A stretch of DNA of 20,000 nt. It comes from Trichodelitschia bisporula. Lineage: Eukaryota. Both the position numbers and the translations under genes were made by a program. Below the pieces are notes generated by a model, which saw only the letters and a list, made by a program, of their open reading frames with translations, searched no databases and was not told where the DNA came from. Shown piece after piece: positions 1 to 9,219 of the stretch. The stretch is from contig ML996706.1 of the NCBI GenBank assembly GCA_010356995.1, positions 230,574 to 250,573 of the forward strand, read 5' to 3'. Position 1 is the stretch's first letter. Each line of letters opens with the position of its first letter.

Positions 1-3000
1 GATGTTACGGGCACACTTGCGCTCGGCACCTGTCTTCGCGCGTGGTTGCCCAAGTTTGGCGACTGTTATCTCGACTACATGCGCGCGCATGCCCACTTCC
101 CTAAGTACATGCGTAGCTACACCGCGGCCAAGTCGAGCTTCTCTAAGCGCGTCCAGGACACGGGCGAGCAGCGCCTCATGTCCATGCTCATTGAGCCGAT
201 CCAGCGTTTACCACGGTACAACCTCTACATCGACAGCATCATCAAGCAGCTACCCGAGCGCCACCCGGCTTTAAAGTCCCTCCTGAAGGTCCGTGACACC
301 ATCTCTGAGATCTGCTCCTCCGATGCTGGAGACGCCCAGCCCTCACGCATCAACGACAAGCTTCGCAAACATATTGCCGGTTGGCCGTCCTCATTCCGCT
401 CATACGGCCGTCTCGTCACTGCCATAGATGTCGCTGAGATCCCGCCTCCGTACCGGCCTGACCCCAACAGCGCCACCGCCACCCCGGGCATCATGCTCCT
501 CTTTACCGAGAACATCGTCCTGCTCACAAAGTCCCACCGTACCGGCCTCACAGCCCGCGGTCTGCTCTCGCGCCTCGACGGCACCGATGTCATCGATAAG
601 GAGGATGCACCGCCGGCGCAGGAGCTGCGCTTCAATTACTCGCTCGACCTCCACAGCTTTGAGTTCACTGAAGTCGACGGTGGGAAAATGATCCAGCTCG
701 CTCCGACGCATAACCCGACTTTCCAACAGCGGCCCGGCAGCGCCATGAGCCTTACTCGTCCCACCTCGCGCGCCATGTCGCGGCCGGCATCGCGCGCCGG
801 CGACAATGATGTCCAGGTCTACTATCTGACGGGTGCGTACGAAGGCAAGGCGGCAAAGGTAGTGGAAGAAGTGGTGAGAGCGCGCACGGAGAACCGGTTC
901 CCGGAGCAGGAGCGCGAGAGTCCGGAGTGGGAGGTGCGGCTGGCTCACGGCCCAGACCTGAATCTCTTTACCGCTGTGTACCAGGATGGACCTGCGCCTG
1001 AGGGGCGGGGGAAGCCGGCGAAGGTGCGAGTTGTTATTGGGAAGGCGGATTCCGCGCCTGCGGTGCGGGATGAGGGTGTCGAGGTCGTGGTTTACGTTTC
1101 GGCGACGCGTGAGGGCCTTTATCTCCTTGAGATTGAGGGTGGGAAGGAGGTTTCGCGTGACAGGTTGACTGTGCAGGAGTTCCTGCCCGTGCTGGTCAAG
1201 CGGCGTAAGTTTTTTTCTTCTGTCGAGCAAGACTCGTATGCTAACAATCACCAGTTGGCAACATTCTTCAAATGCGTAGCCAGATTCGTAATCCAGCTAT
1301 TGCTACCACGCTCCTCCTCCGCAACCAGCTCGTCCTAACCAACCTCAAAATCACCACCGAAGAGCAAATGGACCCGCAGACCAAGGACCGCGTCACCGCC
1401 GCCCAGCGCCCGCACTCCCCCGTTAAGATGCTCTCCAATCTCTTCGGCGGCTCCATCACCCGCGACCACGGCAGCTTCCGCAAGCCGCCGCTCACCCACA
1501 CAATCTCCGGCCCTTCCGGCCTCGGCAACATTCCTCACCTGCAGCCTAGCTCGCGACCCACGTCGCAAGAGGGACAAGCGTCGCAGGAAGGGCCCGCCCG
1601 CTCGCCGTCCATGCTTGTCAAGACGACGCGTGCTGCCGCCGACGTGCTCGAGAAGCTTGAAGAGTCGCTGTCGAGCTACGTTCTCGCGCTGCATGCGCGG
1701 CGAGGCAATATTGTGGGCAAGGTGCTGCGCAACCGGACCGCCACGGCTGAGGAACTGGCTGTCAACGAGCTGTACAACAAGCTGCTCGAGGACCCGGCAA
1801 ATATGGAGTTGGTGGCTAATGCGCCGGTGGACGTACTCTTCTGCGCGTTTGAGCAGTTCCTCAAGATTGCATGGTGCGACAAGATGGGCCCGGTCATCTC
1901 GGTGGCTGCGTGGAGCGCTATCCTCGCGAAGCTCGATGCTCTGTATCCTTCCGACTTTGAGGAGTTCTTCCGCATGCGCATCGCCGAACTCGCACCGCAG
2001 AACCAGCGCGCGCTCAAGTCTATCATCAAGCTGCTCGTTAGTTTGCTTGAAGGCACGGGCAACGACGGCGACAGGGGCATGTTAACCGCATCCTTTGCCG
2101 AGATCCTCGTTCCCGACGGCAACCCGCTCGACTTCATCCCCGTGCTAGATCGGCTCGTCGAAGACTCAACAACACTGCTCGACAACCCGCGCCCGACGCC
2201 CTCCGGCTCGCTCTCCGGCCCCCCTACCCGCACAACCAACTCCGCCTCTCTAACCTCCAACACCTCCTCCCTCCGCCGCAAATTCGGCCTAGGTCTCAGC
2301 CGCAAGGGCTCCAAGCACGCCGACGAAGACCTGTCGAGCAGCGTCTGGCGCACCCTCTCCAAATCAAAGCACGAGAGCCCCACGCCCTCCCTCTCCAAGA
2401 AACCCTCGCACCTCGTCCGCGCCTCCTCAACCGACTCCCCGCGCGCTCCCTCCCCCAAGCGTCCCAGCTCCCGCGACCGGCCTACCGTCCTCGGCGGCGC
2501 ACCCTTCGATCCCGTTCCGAACTTAGGCTTAAGCACAATCGGCGAACACCCCACCGCCGGCCCCCCGCGCAAAAAGCGCCGATCCAGCCTCTCAGACCTC
2601 CTAACCCTCCAAGCCGCCGGCAACCAGTTCGGCACACCTGTCCGGAATAGTCCACGCCCCAGCCCCCGCACACCCAAGCAAAGCTTCATCCCCACCCCCA
2701 CCCCCACCACCCCCCTCAGCCACTCCTTCTTACGCAACGCCTCTACTCCTACCGGAACCGGGGCTGGAGCGCAAGCCACACCCACCCGAGCCCTCCCCCG
2801 CCCCGTCTCACAATCCAAGCCCAAAGACGAAGTCACGATTACGGCACGCCGTCCTGTGCCGCGCCACACGGCGACGACGAGCGCGAGTGGAATTCCGCAG
2901 CTTAGGCCCGCTGGGTTGGTGGATCGGGCGGGGGCGGGGAATGTGAGGCGCTTGCCTGGGTCAAGGGACGGGGAGAAGGTGAGGGAGAAGGTGAAGGAGG

Positions 3001-3692
3001 AGATTGATCCGGCGCTGGCGGTTGCGCCGTTGAAGGTTGGTGGGGGAAGGAAGGAGGGTCCTGCGACGGGGGCGGGGGCGGGGGCGGGGTCGGGTCCGGG
3101 TACGCCTGCGGGTGTGGGTGCGGTATCGGCTGGTGCCTCGACTGGCACTTCGGACCCCTCTGCTCGGCTCCGGATGGTCGGTCCGGCGAAACTACGCGAG
3201 CGGGTCACTGCCGCCAAGACCGAAACCGCGGCTTCAGCCGGCGCGCTGGCGGAGGAAATGGCGCGCATAGGCGCCGAGCTCTCAACGCTGTCACGCGCCT
3301 CACCGCCGCGGGGCCAGAGCCACAGTCTCGCAACGCTGAGCGCGCGTCTCAGCGCGCTGGAAACGCGGCACACGGCGCTGATGAGCGAGGTCGAGGCTAA
3401 GCTAGACGGGCTGGCGCGGGATGTGAATGAGACGCTGATGGTGTCCGAGGCGCGGTGTCGCAAGTTGGATGGGTTGCTTAGGGATGCGGGGGCGGAGAAT
3501 GAGGGATTGTATGCGCGGTTTAATGAGGAGATGGCGCGCGTGACGGCGAGGGTTAGGGGCGGGGAGGGGGTGGAGGAGATGAGAAGGCGGGTGAGGGAGG
3601 GGGAGGATGAGGGGAGTAGGTTGAGGAAGGAGAATGCCCGCCTCAGGAGGGAGGTTGGGGGGTTGAGGGCACAGTTGAGGCCGGGAGTTTAG
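1..3692 (+). CDS. bud3: Rho guanine-nucleotide exchange factor (DH/PH), Bud3-like; 5'-partial; exons <1..1204, 1255..3692
   Basis: Frame 1 is open from base 1 and carries the DH motif LMSMLIEPIQRLPRYNLYIDSIIKQLPERHP. A 50-nt intron 1205..1254 (GTAAGT, GCTAAC, CAG) joins ORF 46..1338 in frame to ORF 1272..3692 (KR-L-GNILQMR). It is followed by an S/P-rich region and a C-terminal coiled coil. 1213 aa are visible. RhoGEF is secure; Bud3 orthology rests on recalled architecture and is less certain. Confidence 0.85.
3068..3100 (+). repeat. (GGGGGC)n microsatellite / G-quadruplex motif inside the RhoGEF CDS
   Basis: GGGGGCGGGGGCGGGGGCGGGGTCGGGTCCGGG, encoding GAGAGAGSGPG. Confidence 0.7.
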
Positions 3693-4337
3693 GGGTGTGG
3701 TTTAGGAACTGTGGGTTAGGGGGAGTTGGGGGCTAGGTCATCATGGGGCCGGCGTCATCTGTAGCGTATGGGTTAGGTTACTCGGTTCAGCATTGGGCCG
3801 GATGGATAGACAACGAAGTGTTTCTGAGCATCACCGATCGCGGTGTCGTCTTCATCAAACTCTTCACTTCACACCATAGCCATTGCACGTATCAAGCCTA
3901 ATGCTTCCATTAGCATCACTGGCCACGGTAAAGGTTTCCTTGCCACGCCGAAAGCAATTAGTCACTTTGAGCGCTGTTATCCATGCCGCAGGCTGACAGG
4001 GTTACAGGTCGAGGACGACAACACGGAACACAGGCAACGGTTCATCAAAATGTCGTGATATATTCAGCCTGCCAATCCATAGGAGGCGGCTCATGCTCGG
4101 TCCATACACAAGCGCCCTTTCCAGCGCAGCAGGACATTCTCAGTCCATGCAATTGTCTCCCGCCATATACACTCCCCCTCCCTACCCCACCACCCCGCGC
4201 AGCGCATCCAGCACCGCACCAAGCACCTTCCCAGCCGGACCAGCAACAACCGCCAGCGCCGCACTCTCCGCCTCCGCCGACTTCCCCGCCGCCCCCGTCG
4301 CCCCCATCTCCACGGCTCCCGCCGCACCGCCATGCAG

Positions 4338-5576
4338 CTACCTCTTCTTCGGCGCCACGCGGAGCTGCTTCGCCCCGCCATCGAAAACCACATACTGCGT
4401 CTTGAACATGACGTCGCCGTAGATCTGCAATCCCGCTCCGCCGTTGCTCTGCACGCCCCCGAAACACGTTCCCGTGTCTACTTGCGCGAAGGTGATTTCT
4501 GACCCCGGAATCATGGCCATGTAGTTGTTCCCCAGCGCGACGCCGAAGTCGGGGAGCGTGCTGGTGCATGGGTAGGTGAAGCCGCCGACGGTGGCGTCGT
4601 TGGTTGCGCCGGGCACTTGCTTGTAGTAGGCGGTTGCCACTTGCGGGTCGACGAGCAGGAGGCTGGTGCCCGTGTCGGCGATGGCGGGGGAGGCGTTGGG
4701 TGTGGCCACGCGCTGGTTGCCGATTTGGATCGCGGGGGAAGTGACCTGCCAGAAGCCGCTCGCCGAATTGACCGGGATGTTGGTCAGGGTGCCGGAGAAC
4801 TTGCTCTGATCGATGGCGCCGAACAAATAGCTCCCTGTCGAATCATTCCTGAGATCGACAGAGAACACCGGGAGGGCGAGTTGCGGCATAATGGAGTCAA
4901 AGAACGTCGTCTGCTTGGTCGGCTTCACGGTGTTAAGCTGGCTAAACGCGAGCCCGACCAAGCCGTCATTGTTCGCATCCTTTACGAAACTCTGGCTCAC
5001 GGCCGTGGCCAGCTCAACCGCCTGCCGCGTCGCCGTCGCGCCGCCGATGTTCACCACGTCCATGCCCACCACGCCGGCCGCGCCGCTCCCGTCTCCGTAG
5101 CTGATTTGCCAGCTTGCGCCAGTCATGGCCTTGAAGCTAGTGGACTTGGAGGGATCGAACGCAGCATGGCCCCCGATGGTGCGCTGCGAGAGAGCGGTGC
5201 TGAACACCCACAGGTCAGACGAGCCGGTGTCGAAGTCCAGCACCAGCGTTTGCCCGCCGATGACCACGGGGCTCAGGAACTCGGCGTCGTTGGGCTCGGG
5301 AACGGCAGGGACTTGGCCTGTCGAAGATCCGGAACCGGTGGCGTTGCCCGCCCCGGCTCCGGAGCCGCGGGTGGAGTTGGAGGTTTGGCGGGCGGTGAGG
5401 GTGAAGCCGTATTTGTTGTACGCTTTAATCAATGCGTCTGAACCCGACCGGGGGTGTCGGTTGATTTGCCGGCGGACGTGGTGCTCGAAGGAGCGCTTTT
5501 TCAGCGCTGGGGTGGGGGATGTGGACCCGAGGCTGAGGAGGGAGGCGAGGAGGGTGAGGGTTGTGAGGGTGTGCAT
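4338..5576 (-). CDS. Secreted pepsin-family (A1) aspartic endopeptidase, aspergillopepsin/penicillopepsin-like, 412 aa, intronless
   Basis: Both catalytic motifs are present (LDFDTGSSDLW, IADTGTSLL), with flap ISYGDGS, DGLVGLAF and IYGDVMFK. ATG 5576 (context ACCATG) starts a signal peptide MHTLTTLTLLASLLSLGS followed by a basic propeptide (LKKR). The ORF-track ATG at 5624 adds 16 non-signal residues. Confidence 0.95.
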   Translation of the reverse strand: MHTLTTLTLLASLLSLGSTSPTPALKKRSFEHHVRRQINRHPRSGSDALIKAYNKYGFTLTARQTSNSTRGSGAGAGNATGSGSSTGQVPAVPEPNDAEFLSPVVIGGQTLVLDFDTGSSDLWVFSTALSQRTIGGHAAFDPSKSTSFKAMTGASWQISYGDGSGAAGVVGMDVVNIGGATATRQAVELATAVSQSFVKDANNDGLVGLAFSQLNTVKPTKQTTFFDSIMPQLALPVFSVDLRNDSTGSYLFGAIDQSKFSGTLTNIPVNSASGFWQVTSPAIQIGNQRVATPNASPAIADTGTSLLLVDPQVATAYYKQVPGATNDATVGGFTYPCTSTLPDFGVALGNNYMAMIPGSEITFAQVDTGTCFGGVQSNGGAGLQIYGDVMFKTQYVVFDGGAKQLRVAPKKR

Positions 5577-6424
5577 GGTTGCCTCGTGGTGCTGCCGGCA
5601 GCGGGTATCGGATAAAATGTACAAGGAAAGGAGACGGTTGGGACCGGCCTTTAACGTTCGAATGGACAGAGGGAATGTATGGACAAAGGCCTTGAAGCTC
5701 GCAAGGCTGAGTTGAGGCGGGGGTATCTACAACGAGAGAGAGGACAACCAGGTCCCGCGTCTCTTTAGAGTCAAAGAAGAACAAAGAAGGGAAAGGGAAC
5801 ACACAGCACGACCAGGCGCCGTCTACAAAGAAAGATATCAGAGGGAGGGAGGGAGAGAGAGCGGCGGACGAAGCGTGCATCACAGAACAAAGCAGCGACG
5901 TAGCTGCATCTTATCTCCGCGCCTCGAAACACCCGCGCTGGGCGACGCATCCTACCCGCAGCGTAAAACAGCATCTGTACGGGGCGCAAAAGCTGCCCCA
6001 CCTGGTGTGCGCGGCATCACGCCCGCCGGCGCATACTACAGGAACCTCACAGTGTCGCTGGCCAGGTGAGGTTGCGGCTCCCACGCGCGGCCAGGGGGCA
6101 CCCCCCTCCGCGTCGCAGGCTGGCGCCGCGTCAGGGGCGCGTCCGCGGCGGCGCCATCGGTTGGGCGGGACGGGGCGCGGCGGTCGCGGCGTGCGTTTCA
6201 CGGCGTGTTTAGGGTGTCGGGCCGGGTGGGGAGCTCGGGGCTTGAGATCTGGTGAGAGAAGCTTTCGTAGATTATTTTGCGTGGCACGGGAGAAATTGAT
6301 CGGAGGACAGATCTTGTGCTGCTACTGCCATTGCAGCTCGTGATGATCGCATCTGACGATGGGATACATCCGTAACCTAAAATGTCTATCGCCTTTGTTC
6401 ACGCCGCGCTTCGAGTCTTTCCTT

Positions 6425-6448
6425 CCTTTCTCCCTTTCTCCCTTTCTC
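6425..6448 (+). repeat. (CCTTTCTC)x3 tandem repeat in a pyrimidine tract
   Basis: Read directly from the sequence, within a CT-rich stretch at ~6417..6480. Confidence 0.7.
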
Positions 6449-7100
6449 CCGCGTTCCTCACTCTCCTTTGTCCCCCTCGCCCTCGCATCGCCAAACGCAT
6501 CAAACCCCCCCCCCACCCCGCGGCGCCAACTGCCTCACCAGTCCCTCGGCTTGCCAAGCTCCCGCCCGGCGCACCCGCACCTCCCCCCAAGACCCTTCAT
6601 CCATTGGCCCACAGCGCTTTGCACCCTTCTCCCTACCAATTCCACACTCTCCAGATCGAAAAAGCGTACAACTTTAGAATCATGTGACTTGTGATCCTCT
6701 CATTTCGGTCCTCCGGCCGCCGGAGCACGAAGCGCGAGGCTGGACGGGCCGCGTCATTGGTCTGGAAGCAGATACATCGCGGTACTGACGCTCGGCATGG
6801 CGAGGCTGCGGCCCAATGGGTCGCGGTTGCTGGTGTGGGGAAAGAGGTACCTCCGGGCGCCTTGATGCTTGGACGAAGAACAACCCACCAGACACGACGA
6901 GCAAGTTTCAGGAACCCATTTGTCACTTTTTCGTTGTTGCTCAGAATCTAGGCTTGTCCTTCATCTACTCTAACAGCCGAATCAGATCATCAGATCCCTC
7001 CCCGCATCGCAGTGTCCATTGAAAAGACAACAATCACAAATCCACCATCCCAAACGCCTCGTGTTCAACCTCTATTCCCCACATGTCGTTATCGTCGTCT

Positions 7101-8276
7101 TTACTTGCTCGTGTCCAGCACATACCGCCCCGCAATCTTCCCTGCCTTCATCAACTCAAACACCTTCGGCAGCTCTGACAGCCCAGCCACCTTGTAGGGC
7201 GCATTGATGAGGCCGCGCGCAAAGAAGTCAATCGCCTCGGCGCCGTCCCGGCGATTGCCCACATACGACCCCTTGATGTTGATCATCTTGGTGACGGTGG
7301 AGAAGACGTCGGCCTTGAGGCTTGCATGTGCCGGGAGGCCGATGCACACGACGCTGCCACGGGCGCGAACATACTAAGCCCTCGTTAGCCTAGAGTAAAA
7401 GAAGCCAGAAAACAAGATACTCACATCCGCAGCCTGTTGGAACGGCTTTTCCGACACAGCAAGGAGAATAACCGCATGCGGACCCAGCCCATCCGGGCTC
7501 GCCTTCTTGACATCCTCCACCAGGTTGGAGCTCTTGCTGAAATCCACAAACGCTCGCGCTCCCAGCTCCTCGCACATCTTGCGCTTGTCATCACCCGCGT
7601 CTATCGCAAGCGTCTGCAGGCCCATCGCCTTCGCATACTGCAGCGCCAGACTGCCGAGGCCGCCACCGGCGCCCACAATGGCAACACACTGCCCGGGCTT
7701 CGCGCCCGACTCCTTCAAGCCCTTGTAGACAGTAATGCCGGCGCAGAGAATGGGAGCCACGGCGTCGAGGGGAACATCCTTCGGGATGATGGACACATGT
7801 GCCGCCTTCGCGACGCAGTATTGCTGGAAGGTGCCGTCGACAGTGTAACCCGAGAGCGACGCCTTTGCGCAAAGCTATAAAAGACACTCATATCAGAACC
7901 CCTTCTATCCATTACTGAAGTTAAGAAGACTCACCGGCTCATCTGACGCCTCGCAAAAGTCGCACGACAAACAGCTGCCGTTCAGCCACTTGACGCCGGC
8001 ATGGTCGCCGAGTTTCACTCGCCCGTTCTGGCCCGCCATCTCGCCGAGAGCGACGACCACGCCCGCGCCCTCATGCCCGCCGACCAGTGGGAGCTTCACA
8101 TCCAGAGGCCAGTCGCCCTGCCATGCGTGCAGATCCGTGTGGCACACGCCGGTGTACTTGATGTTCACGAGGACTTCATCGGGGCCCGGGGTGGGGACGG
8201 GGATTTGCTTGTATTCGAGGGGCCCGTTGTGGGACTCGAAGACTTGGGCCCATTGGGTTTTCGGGATGTCGGTCAT
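7101..8276 (-). CDS. adh1: Zinc-dependent medium-chain alcohol dehydrogenase (ADH1/AlcC-like), 354 aa; exons 8276..7935, 7874..7425, 7373..7101
   Basis: Motifs [15 protein letters not shown], structural Zn [27 protein letters not shown] and C-terminal GRYVLDTSK. Phase-0 introns 7875..7934 (GTGAGT..TAG) and 7374..7424 (GTGAGT..GCTAAC..TAG) join three ORF fragments in frame. Confidence 0.96.
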
Positions 8277-8348
8277 TGTGGAGGTAGAGGAATCGGTAGG
8301 TGTCTTGGTGTTGGTTGTGGTTGTTGTTGTTGCTGTTAGCAATTATAT

Positions 8349-8398
8349 CTGCTTCCCGTCAGTGTCCGACCAGCGAATACTCCGCACTCCAAACGCAC
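8349..8398 (-). other. Probable 5'-UTR intron of the ADH gene (50 nt)
   Basis: On the minus strand: AAG|GTGCGT donor, CTGAC branch site, CAG acceptor. It lies between the TATA box and the ATG and matches the size of the other introns here. Confidence 0.55.
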
Positions 8399-8444
8399 CT
8401 TCTCGATTGCTGTGATGATGCATCCATGACGTCCCAAGGGACAC

Positions 8445-8452
8445 CTTTTATA
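8445..8452 (-). promoter_or_regulatory. TATA box of the ADH gene
   Basis: TATAAAAG on the minus strand, ~170 nt upstream of ATG 8276, inside otherwise GC-rich sequence. Confidence 0.65.
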
Positions 8453-8713
8453 CCCGCGTCCCACCCAGCACCTTCCCCTCGCACCTTCCCCGCCATCCAC
8501 CCCCCTCCCGTCCCTTCCAAGGGCGGAAAACGACCCCATCACGCCAGATCACCGCACTATCTGCACCATCATCCCGGCCCAAACCCCGATAACCCACAAT
8601 CCCATCACTATCCCGCCCACGTTCGGCCATCGTTATCCACTACCGTACGCTTAGGCCTACCGTAATGAGGAGAAACGGTACGGTATGTCGTTCGACCGCC
8701 GGTCTCGATCCAT

Positions 8714-8723
8714 ATCACCCCAC
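8714..8723 (+). promoter_or_regulatory. SREBP-type sterol regulatory element (ATCACCCCAC) upstream of ADH
   Basis: Exact match to canonical SRE-1. Near matches ATCACGCCAG (8538..8547) and ATCACCGCAC (8548..8557) lie nearby in tandem. Confidence 0.45.
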
Positions 8724-9219
8724 CGATCAGCGCGGCCCCACGCATTGGCGAACCACCCAGCGCCCGCAACGCCCACATGCTGGCGTCCTAACCGGACCGA
8801 GCAGCGCCTGGGCACGGATTGGCCGAGCGGGGGCGGGTTCGTAGCGCATTCTCAACGTGCGTTGGCGTGAGGGGTACGGTACGTTGGCGGGACGTTCAAG
8901 TTCGGAGGGCTCCGGGCTGATACGGTAGGTAGTTGTGGCTGGACCCGGGTGGCGCCTTCGCCGCGGAGCTCTCGGCGGGCTCGGCGCGGGCCGAACGGCG
9001 GGCTCGGCGACGAAAGGTCTAGATCATCTTTAGCGGTAAATAATGCATCACGGCGCAAAGCGTAGCATGAAGCACGACTACAGATTATCCATTATGATAT
9101 ACTCGCTAGACCACGCCCGTTGCTCAGTGCGCATTCCACACAAGACACTCCGAAACACTCCAACGAAAGAGGGTATCGCACGGCCACCGTTCCAGCAAAA
9201 AATAAGCAACTCGCACAAC

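Noticed and set aside
1676..3463. 595-aa minus-strand ORF (also 400..1251, 4617..5441, 5125..5715)
   Set aside because: Antisense shadows of GC-rich real genes, low complexity with no domain motifs.
4338..4395. Alternative intron from GTATGT to the protease stop TAG
   Set aside because: No branch site, it would delete conserved terminal strands, and it lands out of frame with the coding-like extension.
6359..6951. Small ORFs between the protease and ADH
   Set aside because: Low-complexity translations of CT and GC tracts with no motif or convincing splice structure.
8380..8840. Multiple CreA-like SYGGRG sites upstream of ADH
   Set aside because: Degenerate 6-mer expected often by chance in such GC-rich DNA.
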